A stretch of DNA of 63,877 bases, the filler included, from Octopus bimaculoides (Eukaryota): NCBI RefSeq assembly GCF_001194135.2. It is 7 parts of 7 records of this genome, joined end to end, with 100 filler letters (N's around TTAATTAATTAA, not from the genome) between each part and the next. Parts side by side here need not be neighbours in the genome. Positions count along the whole stretch, not along the records: positions 43,561 to 52,221 come from NC_069007.1; positions 52,322 to 54,739 come from NW_026376563.1; positions 54,840 to 59,767 come from NC_068994.1; positions 59,868 to 62,090 come from NW_026324151.1; positions 62,191 to 63,877 come from NC_068982.1; 2 more parts are not named here. One strand, 5' to 3'. The translations under genes were made by a program, and so were the position numbers. Positions within the stretch are counted from its first letter, which is position 1; each line of letters begins with the position of its first letter. The notes below the pieces were generated by a model. It made no database searches. It was not told the origin of the DNA and worked only from the letters and a program-made list of their open reading frames with translations. Positions 50,417 to 63,877 of the stretch are shown here, piece by piece.

Positions 50417-51739
50417 GAGAGAGGGATGTGTTTATATTTCTGAATATTTTCTTCGTTGATTTTCTGTGTTTTCTCCTTTACTTCGAAACTTCACTTTGCT
50501 GTGATGACAAGATGAAAAGACGAGAAGCTGACAAGATGAAGAGATGAAGAGATGAAAAACAAAATGTGTAGAGGATAACGGCGAGCCTGTCTCTTACATC
50601 TGTTTCTGCTTGATATTTAATTTTTGATGACTTTCATTAAAGTTGATTTCTACTCATCAACTTTTAAAGAACATTGCGCATACAGACACTCTCCATTTTC
50701 CCGTATACATACGAGAGACAGGCACTATCTCTCATCAGACTACCGCTATGCTGGGATACCCCCTTGAGGAGTTTTTAATCGAACGAATCTGCCTGTATAT
50801 TTACTGTTTTAAAGCCTGATATTTATTCGATCGGTCGTTTATTTCAAACCGTTATCTTATTGGGCTGTAAACATACAAACAGCGGTCATACAGTGTAATC
50901 AACGCCGATGTCTGTCTGAACTAGTTAAGTACCCCAAGATGAGAAGCAGGAGAACCGAACTCGAAAGCACTCGATATGTATCAATCCTTTTTCTTAATTT
51001 CGTTTCATCCATTTGACTGCAGCTAAGTTACGGAGCCGTAAACACACCACTAAGTTACGGGGCCGTAAACACACCAACACCAGTTGTCAAGTTGTGGTGG
51101 GGGGACAAACAGAGAAACACACACACACACACACACTAGGAATGCGTCTGGACTGCACAACAGACTGAAGGAAAAGAAAGATGGACGATAGTCACGCATG
51201 TGCAACGAGAGAGAGAGTAAAGGAGGAAGAGGGAGCGAGAGAGAGACAGACAGATAGAAAACGGTGAAGGGGTAAAAAAGAATTAGAGAAAGGATGAGAG
51301 AGAAAACGAAAAGCAGAGAGGGGGAGGGAGAGAGAGAGAGAGNNNNNNNNNNNNNNNNNNNNNNNNNNNNNNNNNNNNNNNNNNNNNNNNNNNNNNNNNN
51401 NNNNNNNNNNNNNNNNNNNNNNNNNNNNNNNNNNNNNNNNNNNNNNNNNNNNNNNNNNNNNNNNNNNNNNNNNNNNNNNNNNNNNNNNNNNNNNNNNNNN
51501 NNNNNNNNNNNNNNNNNNNNNNNNNNNNNNNNNNNNNNNNNNNNNNNNNNNNNNNNNNNNNNNNNNNNNNNNNNNNNNNNNNNNNNNAGAGAGGGGGAGA
51601 GAGAGAGAGAGAGGGGGGGGACAGTAAAAAAAAGAGTCGCATCAAATATATTCAGATAACACTTATATAAATATATATGCATATATACACACACATATAT
51701 ACGTACGTACATATGCATGTATATAGGTATGCACGCCCA

Positions 51740-51860
51740 TATCTTTTTAAGATTAATGCCGCTAAGGATCATATTGCCGAGATAAGTGAAGCGGTCAGCA
51801 ACTTTGATTGTGTCACCCACAGCAGAGACAGACAAGATGGAGCCCCTAAGAAGCCAACGA
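51740..51860 (-). mobile_element. Short RTE-like LINE fragment
   Basis: SAVGDTIKVADRFTYLGNMI (cf. VxxFxYLGS). Confidence 0.6.
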
Positions 51861-52151
51861 AAGAATAGGCCTTTCTATGACCCAAGGAGACAATTGTGTG
51901 GAGACAATTTCAATAAATCAATAATTTACATTGTAGGGTATTTGATATACCTGTATCTGTCTATGTTGTTTAACCACGTGCTACTGGCGACTCTGAGATG
52001 CTTCTCTACGCATTTTAGGTTTTACACACACACACACACACATACACACACTCATGAGTGTGTGTGAATGTGTGTATCTGTATGAACATTGATATAATCT
52101 AGCCATTCAAATACAAATTTAGCCATTCGACTAAACGCATTCACATACAGG

Positions 52152-52221
<70 letters not shown>

Positions 52222-53196
52222 NNNNNNNNNNNNNNNNNNNNNNNNNNNNNNNNNNNNNNNNNNNNTTAATTAATTAANNNNNNNNNNNNNNNNNNNNNNN
52301 NNNNNNNNNNNNNNNNNNNNNTACTGGTCATTGTCATGGTGGAGGTGGTGGCGGTTGTGGTGAAAATTGTGGCGGTGGCGATGTTGCTGGTGCTGGTGCT
52401 GGTGTTGGCTTCAGTGGTGGCGATGGTCGTGGTCGTCTTGGACGTTGTAGTCGTACTGGTCGTTGTCATGGTGGTGGTGGTGAATGTGGTGGTGGTGGTT
52501 TCAGTAGTAGTTTCGGTGGTGGTGATGGTTGTGGTCGTCGGGCACGTTGTGGTCATATTGGTCGTTGTCATGGTGGTAACCCTTAGTGACTTTCTCTCAG
52601 CGTATAACTCTTATACACATATATTGAGCGCTAGCACCAAAAGCTTTGTTTTATTTATTTTCTCTCTGTTTATTTCCTCGTGTTCCTTTCTGTTGAAGAG
52701 CGTAGGCTCGAAACGTAAAAGACTTTCTCACCTTCCCGAGCGTTAAACTAACACACCTGTTTGTTGTTTATACACCTGTCTTCGTCTTTTGTTTTTCTGT
52801 AAATTCCAACTATATATATACATATGTGTGTGTGTGTGTGCAAAAAAATGGGATAGGAACGCGACAGGCGACAACAAACCATCCAGACAGTTGGATGATA
52901 CAAAATGGGACAAGAAAAAGCAAGGACGAATCATTCGGAGTTTTCTTTCGTCAGTCGAGTTTCAGATTATCTTTGCAGTTTCGGCACTGCTCCAATCTGG
53001 CCACACACGCACACACCTTTTTGCATGTGTGTGTATGAATATAGCGGCGAACTTGCATTGTCATTACAGTATCAAATAGAATACATTGCAGTATTTTCTT
53101 CTGCTCTCTGCTCTCTGACTTCAAATCCTGTGGATGAAAGAACTACCAACCAAATGCCGGAGCAGATCTTCCTCCCTTCCTCTTACCATCCTATCT

Positions 53197-53233
<37 letters not shown>

Positions 53234-53407
53234 GTATTCTTCAATATTTGACTGGTCCAGCATGGAGTATCGAAACGGCATCTACGTCTGCTCGCGACAT
53301 TAAAACGGTTAACGAACAGCATGCAGCTCGTTGATATCGAGACTTACTCACTTGTGAGAGAACGGTCTTAAGACGATATACATATGCATAAGTGTATGTA
53401 TGAATGT

Positions 53408-53775
53408 GGAGGTGCAATGACCCAGTGGTTAGGGCGCGGTCGTGGGATTGCGGTTTCGATTCCCAGACCGGGCCTTGTGAATGATTATTGTGCGAAAACA
53501 CCTAAAGCTTCACGAGGTTCTGGCAGGGGATGGTGGCGGACCCTGCTGTACTCTTTCACCACAACTTTCTCTCACACTTCCTCTTTCTCTTGTACCTGTA
53601 TTTCGAAGGTCCAGCCTTGTCACACTCTGTGTCACGCTGAATCTTCCCGAGAACTACGTTAAGGTTATACATGTCTGTGGAGTGCACAGCCACTTGCACG
53701 TTAATTTCACGAGCAGGCTGGTCCGTTGATCGGATCAACTGGAACCTTCGTCGTCGCAACCGACAAAGTGCCACG
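53408..53775 (+). mobile_element. Full-length SINE family A
   Basis: ggaggtgcaatgacccagtggttaggg head; homologous along its length to the reverse complement of 4260-4637. Confidence 0.9.
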
Positions 53776-54300
53776 GTGTATGAATATTTGTGTGTGCGCG
53801 CTTGTGTAATTATTATAATTATTTTTACTATTTTCTCCTATTCACATATTTATTTGCTTGTTTTTCTTTTTAATACATTTAATGTTGCGTCTGGGTTTTT
53901 CTTCAGTCTTCTAAAATTATGCCATGTATTTCATCTGTCTAAATATTTTTGTGTGTTCGGATGTTTTTTCTTCCGTTTCTCTCTCCTCTTTTTTCTTTCT
54001 TTCTTTATTTTTTTATCTTCAAAACCTTCCAAAATATTCTTGTGGCTCTTGCTTGTGCTTTTACATAAAGAATGTTAAGTAAAAGCATGTTGTTGTTGTT
54101 GTTGCTGTTTTTTATCGTTGTTGTTGTTATTGTTGTTATTGTTGAATTCTGTAAAAGAACAACGAGAGTGAAAAAATATATGAAATAAAAGGGAAAAGCA
54201 GACAGCCATTGCAAGAGAACCTTGGCTTGGGGTAGCTTGACTCCCTCTGCTAACACCAAAAGAAACACTGCTGCAGTGGAAGACAACCCCTTGTGGTTAA

Positions 54301-54342
<42 letters not shown>

Positions 54343-54510
54343 NNNNNNNNNNACAACAACAACCTCAATGATAATAATAATGTTAATAAAGTGTGGGGTG
54401 GCAAAGAAAATGATACGCAACGTTTGAGAAGTAGAGATAATATTTCTGTTGTAGCCTACATATATCACAGGGTTACTTCAGTTTGTCTCTGCGTTTGCAA
54501 CCTTCTACAA

Positions 54511-54558
<48 letters not shown>

Positions 54559-54839
54559 TATATAGGGACCTATACACGCGTACACGCGCGCTTTTAGTCA
54601 TGGCGCAAATTACTTTCTTAGCATCCGCTCTTATTTCATTTTTAGTCTGCAATTTTTTTGTCTCTCTCTCTCTCTCTCTCTCTTGTTATTCTGAGCCTGG
54701 TGTACAGTAACATAATAACCAAGTAAGGGTTTAGTGTGCNNNNNNNNNNNNNNNNNNNNNNNNNNNNNNNNNNNNNNNNNNNNTTAATTAATTAANNNNN
54801 NNNNNNNNNNNNNNNNNNNNNNNNNNNNNNNNNNNNNNN

Positions 54840-54965
54840 TCCGCCTTGAGACCCACCTCAAACACCACCGTCAGTAAAACCAGAACCTCCGCCTTGAGAC
54901 CCACCTCAAACACCACCGTCAGTAAAACCAGAACCTCCGCCTTGAGACCCACCTCAAACACCACC
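54840..54965. repeat. 48-bp perfect tandem repeat, ~2.6 copies, cut by a join
   Basis: ccgccttgagacccacctcaaacaccaccgtcagtaaaaccagaacct repeated. Confidence 0.9.
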
Positions 54966-55322
54966 ATCATCATCGTTGTCATCACCATCACTATCTTCAT
55001 TCTTTTGCTATGGATCTTCTGCAGTGAAATCTCTCTCTCCCTCCTTTCTTTCTCTCTCTCTCTCTCCCCACCACCTTCGGTGCTTCCCATCATTTTGCTT
55101 AACAAACAGCAATTTTTCGATATTTCATCTTACTGAAAAGAGGTAAAAAACATAAGACAAAAACAGAAAACGTTCTCATATTTCACCACAATTCTTTGGT
55201 TGGCACATTACGATGAATGAAGGAACGAGGATTCAGAAAAGGCATTCTTTACAAGCGATTGTATGACTGTATATACTCACATTTATGAGTGTGCATATCT
55301 ATCTATCTATCTATCTATCTAG

Positions 55323-55375
<53 letters not shown>

Positions 55376-56709
55376 CATCTATCTCTCTCTCTATCTATCT
55401 ATCTATCTATCTATCCAATCTATCTATCTTATTTCTTTATAGCCCACAAGGGGCTAAATATAGAGGGGACAAACAAGGACAGACAAAGGGATTAAGTCGA
55501 TTACATCGACCCCAGTGCGTAACTGGTACTTAATTTATNNNNNNNNNNNNNNNNNNNNNNNNNNNNNNNNNNNNNNNNNNNNNNNNNNNNNNNNNNNNNN
55601 NNNNNNNNNNNNNNNNNNNNNNNNNNNNNNNNNNNNNNNNNNNNNNNNNNNNNNNNNNNNNNNNNNNNNNNNNNNNNNNNNNNNNNNNNNNNNNNNNNNN
55701 NNNNNNNNNNNNNNNNNNNNNNNNNNNNNNNNNNNNNNNNNNNNNNNNNNNNNNNNNNNNNNNNNNNNNNNNNNNNNNNNNNNNNNNNNNNNNNNNNNNN
55801 NNNNNNNNNNNNNNNNNNNNNNNNNNNNNNNNNNNNNNNNNNNNNNNNNNNNNNNNNNNNNNNNNNNNNNNNNNNNNNNNNNNNNNNNNNNNNNNNNNNN
55901 NNNNNNNNNNNNNNNNNNNNNNNNNNNNNNNNNNNNNNNNNNNNNNNNNNNNNNNNNNNNNNNNNNNNNNNNNNNNNNNNNNNNNNNNNNNNNNNNNNNN
56001 NNNNNNNNNNNNNNNNNNNNNNNNNNNNNNNNNNNNNNNNNNNNNNNNNNNNNNNNNNNNNNNNNNNNNNNNNNNNNNNNNNNNNNNNNNNNNNNNNNNN
56101 NNNNNNNNNNNNNNNNNNNNNNNNNNNNNNNNNNNNNNNNNNNNNNNNNNNNNNNNNNNNNNNNNNNNNNNNNNNNNNNNNNNNNNNNNNNNNNNNNNNN
56201 NNNNNNNNNNNNNNNNNNNNNNNNNNNNNNNNNNNNNNNNNNNNNNNNNNNNNNNNNNNNNNNNNNNNNNNNNNNNNNNNNNNNNNNNNNNNNNNNNNNN
56301 NNNNNNNNNNNNNNNNNNNNNNNNNNNNNNNNNNNNNNNNNNNNNNNNNNNNNNNNNNNNNNNNNNNNNNNNNNNNNNNNNNNNNNNNNNNNNNNNNNNN
56401 NNNNNNNNNNNNNNNNNNNNNNNNNNNNNNNNNNNNNNNNNNNNNNNNNGTGGATAATTTTATTTCTACATCTCTCTCGTAATAGGTTAAGGAAATAAAA
56501 GAGAGCCGCCTCAAGGAGATCAGGAGGAGGGACCAAAAATTAGGGTCTTCGCTCTTTCTATAAATTCATTCTTCACATTACCTTGTATACCTTTCTATCG
56601 TTGTTATATCAGAAGACTAAACGCTCGAGATACGAATAAGGGGCCAGGCGGTTGCAGTCTCGTTGTTGCATCCAATATATATATATATATATATACCATG
56701 CGCAAAACA

Positions 56710-56885
56710 ACAGTAGCTGCTGCTGCTGCGGCTGCTGTTGCTGCTGCTGCTATCGCCGCCGCCGCCAGCACCGCTACCACCACCACCACCAACACCACCA
56801 CTCCTACTACTACTGATGATGATGATGGTGATGATGATGATGATGATGATGACAATGGTGGTGGAGGTGATGATGTTGATGCTGT
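56710..56885. repeat. Compound trinucleotide array (GCT)(GCC)(ACC)(ACT)(GAT)(GGT)
   Basis: Seen directly; similar low-complexity tract at 52322-52575. Confidence 0.85.
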
Positions 56886-57933
56886 TGCTCTTCTATTACT
56901 GATGCGTCTAACTTCCATTCTTCAGTCGTACTTACAACACCCGTTCAATGTATCGCCCTTGTACAACGGCTGTATCAACTATTTCTCAAATCAAGCAAAG
57001 GGACAAAGAAGGAGCCACTACGATGGATGCTCGAATTGCTAGAAATATGGATGGATCGATCGATGGATCGATGGCTATATACACGGAAATTTAAAATTCA
57101 TTTTTAACGTTTGAACTCAAAATAGACAAATCTGTAAGGAATGGTGGGTTCAAAACCCCTGTAGATGGAAGAAGTCGAAGGCTGGCCTGGGACTCGGATC
57201 CATCCCCTTCTATAAACCTCGAGTTCAACCCCTAAAAGCAAATTATTTCACGCTCTCTCGAAGTTCCGAAATTTGAATAAACAATATGCCCGTGTGTGTA
57301 TGCGTGTGTATGTGTGTGTGTATGTGTGTGTATGTGTGTGTGTGTGTGTGCATGTGTGTGTGTACTGAAATATATTTTCGACGAGAAGGACAAAAACCAA
57401 AACAAAAAAAAAAAAATTCGGTGCTCTCGAATAAAAATACCGTTTGATATTTTGTTCCACTCTTACTTGCACCGACAATATTACGAAACTGTTGCCGTCA
57501 GAAATTCAATGTACTAATGAGTAACCTGTGAGAAACATATAAGCACCGATACAATTATTCCGAAATTACAGCAACAACAACAAAACCAATACAAAAACGA
57601 AAAGAAAACGAAACAAAAGGGAGAAATAAAATAAATAGCTACAATTAAAAAAAGACTAATCATTCGTGAACTAGACTTAACTTTTTACAGACTCTGTGGA
57701 GTATAATACTGGAAAACTAAAAGAGAGGGTAAAGAAAAACTACATTTCTGCACAACTATGGCGCATTTCCAAGACGTTAAAAAGTGTGTTTACTAAGTTC
57801 ATAGTTAATAAGTCTTACTAAGTGACTCCTGTCTACTGCCAGATATAATAGCATAGTATACTGTGCATTTCACATGACATGCTGCTTTATATATTCATAC
57901 ATACATACATACATACATACATACATACATACA

Positions 57934-58040
<107 letters not shown>

Positions 58041-58401
58041 ATATATATATATATGCATATATATATATCTCAAATTATGTATTTGTGTGTGTATGTATGT
58101 GTTTGTGTAAGTTGATTAAATGAATTAAAATAGACCATATGAAGTTCATGTGCGTGTGCTTACCATGTGCGTGTGCTTACCATGTGCGTGTGCTTACCAT
58201 GTGCGTACAGACTAATACATTCACAAATTACATATATACAATATATGCACACATACACATGCATAAATGTCACATATACAGATATAAATCATATTCAAAT
58301 GTTTGATATGTATATATATATGTATATATATACATGTATATATATGTATATACATACATATACATATATATACATATATATGAATATATATGCATATATA
58401 A

Positions 58402-58459
<58 letters not shown>

Positions 58460-58465
58460 TCATAT

Positions 58466-58506
<41 letters not shown>

Positions 58507-59867
58507 TCTACATATATACACAAAGAGAAAGTGTGAGAGAGAAGGGGAATGGTGGGAGGAGAGAGAGAACGACGCATTTCTGTGCACCTATACGCGTGTT
58601 AGCCACTCTCATGTATACGCATATATATTTGCACACAAACGCAGCACACGCTCGCATGCATACACACACATGTACGTATATCGGTATGTGTATATGTATA
58701 TATATATATATATATGTGAGCGTGTGTGTGTGTGTATGTGTATGTTCCTGAGTATGTGTGGACGGATAGTATGTATTTGTGAACGCATATGTATGTTAAA
58801 GTATGTAATTAGACGAGTAGAACAGAGCGAAAAGAACAGAAACAAAAAAAAAGAACACAATAAGCAATAATATGAATAACAACAACAACAACTATAAAAA
58901 TAATAATAGCAACAATAATTAATAATAANNNNNNNNNNNNNNNNNNNNNNNNNNNNNNNNNNNNNNNNNNNNNNNNNNNNNNNNNNNNNNNNNNNNNNNN
59001 NNNNNNNNNNNNNNNNNNNNNNNNNNNNCGTCGAATTTTAGGTGTTTTTACTCAATAAACACTTCACATCGCCCGGTCTGGGAATCGAAACTGCGATCCC
59101 CATGACCGCGAGTCGGCTGCTCTAATCACTGGGTCATTGCGCCTCCTAACAACAATAACTACGTAAGTAATTTCGAACAAACAGATACCAAAATAAAAAC
59201 AAACAAAAGTAAACGAAAAACTCCCACACACATACACACACAGAAGTGAGAGGCGGAGGAGGAGCGGTGGTAGTTTTAGATTAAAAATGAAAGAACCTCC
59301 TACGTGATATGTTACAATATGGCGATGGCGCATTGTGAATTTTGTTTTTTTTCAAGGATTGGTTTGTAAAGCTAGAACTGGTTAAAGAAAGGTGGGGCGA
59401 GGAGAGAAAGGAGTGGGCATTAAAACTTCCACGTTATTTCCTCTTTGCATCTCTCCAAATTTTATGACGACAACATCCAGCTTGAATCTCGAAAAGGGTT
59501 TTATGATTCTGTCAAGGCTTGTTAAATAGAGAATACGTGTTTATGATGTCTTTTTCTTTCTGTTTTGTTTTTAAAGAAAAATAATGAAATGTAGTAAGAA
59601 GTAGGCGCAGGAGTGGCTGTGTGGTAAGTAGCTTGCTTACCAACCACATGGTTCCGGGTTCAGTCCCACTGCGTGGCACCTTGGGCAAGTGTCTTCTACT
59701 ATAACTTCGGGCCGACGAAAGCCTTGTGAGTGGGTTTGGTAGACGGAAACTGAAAGAAGCCCGTCGTNNNNNNNNNNNNNNNNNNNNNNNNNNNNNNNNN
59801 NNNNNNNNNNNTTAATTAATTAANNNNNNNNNNNNNNNNNNNNNNNNNNNNNNNNNNNNNNNNNNNN

Positions 59868-60950
59868 GTGGACGTGGTATTTTTAGACTTCGAAAAGGCG
59901 TTTGACTCCGTTAATCACCGACTTCTCTTATGCAAACTTCAAGCCTACAATATTCATCCATTGGTGACTTCGTGGATTTCTTCCTTCCTGAGCCATCGAA
60001 CCTTTCGGGTGCAGATAAATTAAGGTCTCTCCGTGGAGACGAATAGCTGCAGCGGCGTTCTCCAAGAGTCGGTGCTGGGGCCAATACTTTTCCTTCTCTG
60101 TATCAACGACCTACCAGATTTTCTTGATGAAAGAGTTCTCCTATTAGCAGACGACGTCAAACTTGTCTCGCCTAAGTATCAGTACGACAAACTCCAATCG
60201 ACGCTGAAGCGAGCTTGGAACTGGGCAGAATAACGGGACCTGCCCTTGAACGCCTCAAAATGCAACCATTTGCCAATAGGTTCATCACCAAACTTTCCCT
60301 TGACTATTGGCCTCAAACAGCAATATCTTAAGATGGTCACTGAAGAAAAGGATCTCGGCATAATGATCGATACCACTTTCAAACCAACACGGCAGTGTAT
60401 CGCGGCAGCGAACAAAGCCAGGAGGAATCTTTTCCTTATCCGCCGGTCGTTTGTCAACCTTTCAATAGACGTCTTTCGGCATTTATACGTCACTCTAGTT
60501 CGACCCATCGACCCATCCTCAAATATTGCATCCAGGCCTCAAACCCTTATCTCCAGAATGACATTCAGCACCTGGAACGGGTTCAGCGCTTAGCCACCCG
60601 AATGGTCGCAGATTTGTCTAAGCTTACGTATGAGAAACGTCTCCAACGGCTGGCACTACCTTCACTCGAACGACGGAGGATGCAAGGAGATCTCATCCTG
60701 GCTTGCAACATCTTCAACGGGAATTTAAACCTACAATTTGCGGAGTTTTCATCCCTGCACCAGATAGGGGGTCTTCGTGGGTATAATCGCAACCTCTATC
60801 CCCGAAACTTTCGACTCAACTGGCGGAAGACCGCATTCTCCGTCCGTATCGCAGCCCCGTGGAACAAGCTACCACAAGATGTCATTCAACAGCCCACCAC
60901 TCCCCTGTTCAAAGAGGCTCTGGACAACTGTGGCGACTATGTATAAAACT
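59868..60950 (+). mobile_element. CR1-group LINE, RT C-terminal half and 3' end
   Basis: VDVVFLDFEKAFDSVNH; SGVLQESVLGPILFLLCINDLP; LLADDVKL; EKDLGIMID; LERVQRLATRMV; LPSLERRRMQGDLI; FSVRIAAPWNKLP. Confidence 0.93.
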
Positions 60951-61298
60951 GTATATAACAATAACTGTTATTTTTTGTTTTTTACATGGCTTAAGCACAT
61001 TGTGCTCTTCTTCTGCCAATAAATTTTATTTGATTATATATATATATTCGACAGACTTCTTTCAGTTTCCGTCTATAGAATCCACTCACAAGATTTGGTT
61101 GGCCCGAGGCTATAGTTGAAGACGCTTGACCAAGGTGCTACGCAGTGAGAGTGAACTAGGAACCATGTGGTTGGGAAGCAAACATGTTAACACACAGCGA
61201 CGCGTTCACCTATACATACATACATACATACATACATGTGCGTGTGTGTGTGTGTGTGTATGTAAATGTATGAATGTACACAAATATATATATATATG

Positions 61299-61352
<54 letters not shown>

Positions 61353-61372
61353 TATATATGCATATACATATA

Positions 61373-61411
<39 letters not shown>

Positions 61412-61522
61412 CGAAAGCTGCAACAATGCGATGGAGCGCATCGTGATCAGGGTTGTACAACCACATCCGGTAGTGAGGTCAATACAGTGATATATAATAT
61501 ATATATGTATATTATGTGTTTG

Positions 61523-61556
<34 letters not shown>

Positions 61557-62055
61557 TGTATGTATGTATGTATGTATGAATACCTTTTTATTATAAAAGC
61601 CATTCCTAAGCAAATAACAGAAAGATAAAAACCAGGGAACTAAAAAGAAAAGTAGCAATTAAAATGTAACAGAATGTCGTGATAAGTTTTTCAATAACAG
61701 TTTTCCTTTTTTTTTAAGAAAAAAAGAACTTCATTTCTAGTAACTCATTTCAGAAAATATTTTTTGCTACAGCTGTGGTTTGAAAATATAAAGACACGAC
61801 ATAGAAAAATATAAGAAAAAGTATTAACAATACAGAAAAAAAAGTATGACGAAAGAAGAAGAAGAAGAAGAAGAAGAAGAAGAAGAAGAAGAAGAAGAGA
61901 AAGTAGTAGTGGTAGTAGAAATATAAAGTAAAGATTGTAAATGTCATTGCTAGTATGATTTTTTTCAAGTGGAAATTTAGTAGAAACAGCTACCTCATTG
62001 AGACTGAAACCTCTTTTACAGTGTATCTTCATAAAGACTTGAACTGATAATAAAA

Positions 62056-62090
<35 letters not shown>

Positions 62091-62190
62091 NNNNNNNNNN
62101 NNNNNNNNNNNNNNNNNNNNNNNNNNNNNNNNNNTTAATTAATTAANNNNNNNNNNNNNNNNNNNNNNNNNNNNNNNNNNNNNNNNNNNN

Positions 62191-62252
<62 letters not shown>

Positions 62253-63357
62253 CGTACACGCACAAACACACACATATATACACATATATGTAAATATACA
62301 AAACATGCATTTATAACTATGTATGTATGTATGCATGCATGCTTGCATGTGTGTGTGTGCTTACTTTTGTGCGTTTGTCTTAAGTTTAAGCACGTGTAAG
62401 TTTAACCATGGTGAAGTATACATTTGGTTCCCATTATGCTGAAATGTAAATTCAAGCGTATTACTCTGGTTGGCCCACAACCATTCATACATTAATAGTG
62501 TATGTATATTCACACATACACACACGTACATATGTGTGTGTGTGTGTGTGTGTGTATAAACGTACTTATATATATATATATANNNNNNNNNNNNNNNNNN
62601 NNNNNNNNNNNNNNNNNNNNNNNNNTATATATAAATGCACACATACACGTCCATACATATATGTATGCATGAATACATGCAGGCATGTATGTGTATATAT
62701 ATATGTGTATATATATATATGTATGTATGTATGTATGTATATATTCATATGCCTTCTATGTAAATTATGGTTTCCGGCCTTGTAAGTCTCCATCAGAAAC
62801 TCATGACTATGTAACAAGGACCAGTAAATCTACTTCAAGCCGATAAACCAGTTTTAGATATGACTGCATTATCAAGGGATCTAGTATACAGCGAGAGAAC
62901 GATTGATACGGCGGTAATGGTGAATATGATCGATTAGAAATGTCTTGACTACCGATTGCGTATGTTTACTGTAAAGGTGTGTATGTAAAGAGAGAGAGAG
63001 AGAGTGTGTGTGTGTGTGTTTAACTCTATATAGTCTCTGTGTGCGTATGTGTGTGTGTGTGTGTGTATGTAGATGTGTTCTTCTGGACATATGGTTTCTG
63101 GACATATGCGTTTCTGGACATATGGTTTCATTAGGTGTTTTTTGTGTTTGTGTTTTGTTATTCTTTGTGTGAGAGCAAATGTGTATGAGGGTATGTTTGT
63201 GCGCGCGCGTCTTAACACCGTAATTGTGTATTTGGCAAACCTCTTACGAAGTAAATTTACGATGCAAGTTCGGTTTCTTGTATCTGTTTCCTTGGAAAAG
63301 CATGCACATCACCGCTTCTTATTCTCTACCTTTTAGTCAATAGAACTGATCATCTTA

Positions 63358-63540
63358 AGGCGGCGAGCTGACAGAAACGTTAGAACGCCGGGCGAAATGC
63401 TTAGCGGTATTTCGTCTGTCTTTGCGTTCTGAGTTCAAATTCCGCCGAGGTCGACTTTGCCTTTCATCCTTTCGAGCTCGATAAATTAAGTACCAGTTAC
63501 GCACTGGGGTCGATGTAATCGACTTAATCCCTTTGTTGTC
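63358..63540 (+). mobile_element. SINE family B, CpG-intact copy
   Basis: ggcggcgagctgacagaaacgttag...gagttcaaattccgccgaggtcgactttgcc. Confidence 0.9.
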
Positions 63541-63595
63541 TATCCTTGTTTGTCCGTGCGCGATGTGTGTGTGTATGTATACAAGTTTTATTATT

Positions 63596-63730
63596 ATGCC
63601 TGCCTTGCAGCGCTCAGCAGCGAACTCATTTAATGTATGCTGGAGATCACCTTCTGATAAGCTATGTAGCACCGTGTCGTCTGCAAACATCAGCTGACCA
63701 ATCCTTCACTCAACGATTGTGAAATTATTT
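63596..63730 (-). mobile_element. RTE RT fragment
   Basis: MFADDTVLHSLSEGDLQHTLNEFAAERCKAG (FADD motif). Confidence 0.75.
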
Positions 63731-63877
63731 CCACAACGGCGGCGCATGTTAATCCTGTTAATAGAAATAATGAAAAGGAGAAGAGACAATACGCAAACCA
63801 GCCGAAGTCTTACGCCCACATTGAAAGGTTTCGACTTTGCACAATTTACCCCAAAGAGTTGCCCATTATATATATAT

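Noticed and set aside
56698-57042. Poly-Ala/Thr/Asp ORF resembling a transcription-factor low-complexity region
   Set aside because: Compound trinucleotide microsatellite directly after a (TA)n tract; no domain or splice support

Overview
AT-rich, microsatellite- and transposon-dense animal genomic DNA. The SINE families and microsatellite load suggest an octopod cephalopod (inference). The assembly is fragmented: many N gaps and six 100-bp artificial joins (44 N + TTAATTAATTAA + 44 N). I can support two spliced host genes, both on the minus strand. (1) Three exons of a peroxidasin-like gene: an LRRCT exon (34796-34953) and a two-exon Ig domain (17934-18051, 15638-15807), joined in phase. Its upstream LRR exons and downstream Ig/peroxidase exons are not visible. 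(2) The first two coding exons of an ankyrin-repeat gene (3929-3988, 1983-2130), which runs off the left edge. The rest is mostly TE debris: a near-complete DD36E Tc1 nested in a hAT MITE with an 8-bp TSD, mariners, a hAT transposase relic, a Gypsy gag-protease piece, RTE, CR1 and R4/Dong LINE fragments, and several tRNA-derived SINE families. There are no rRNA or tRNA genes and no CRISPR array. I found no novel system that is firmly supported. The best leads are the stranded peroxidasin-like module, a CpG-depleted 30-kb block bounded by assembly linkers, possible antisense exons, and the DD36E element.
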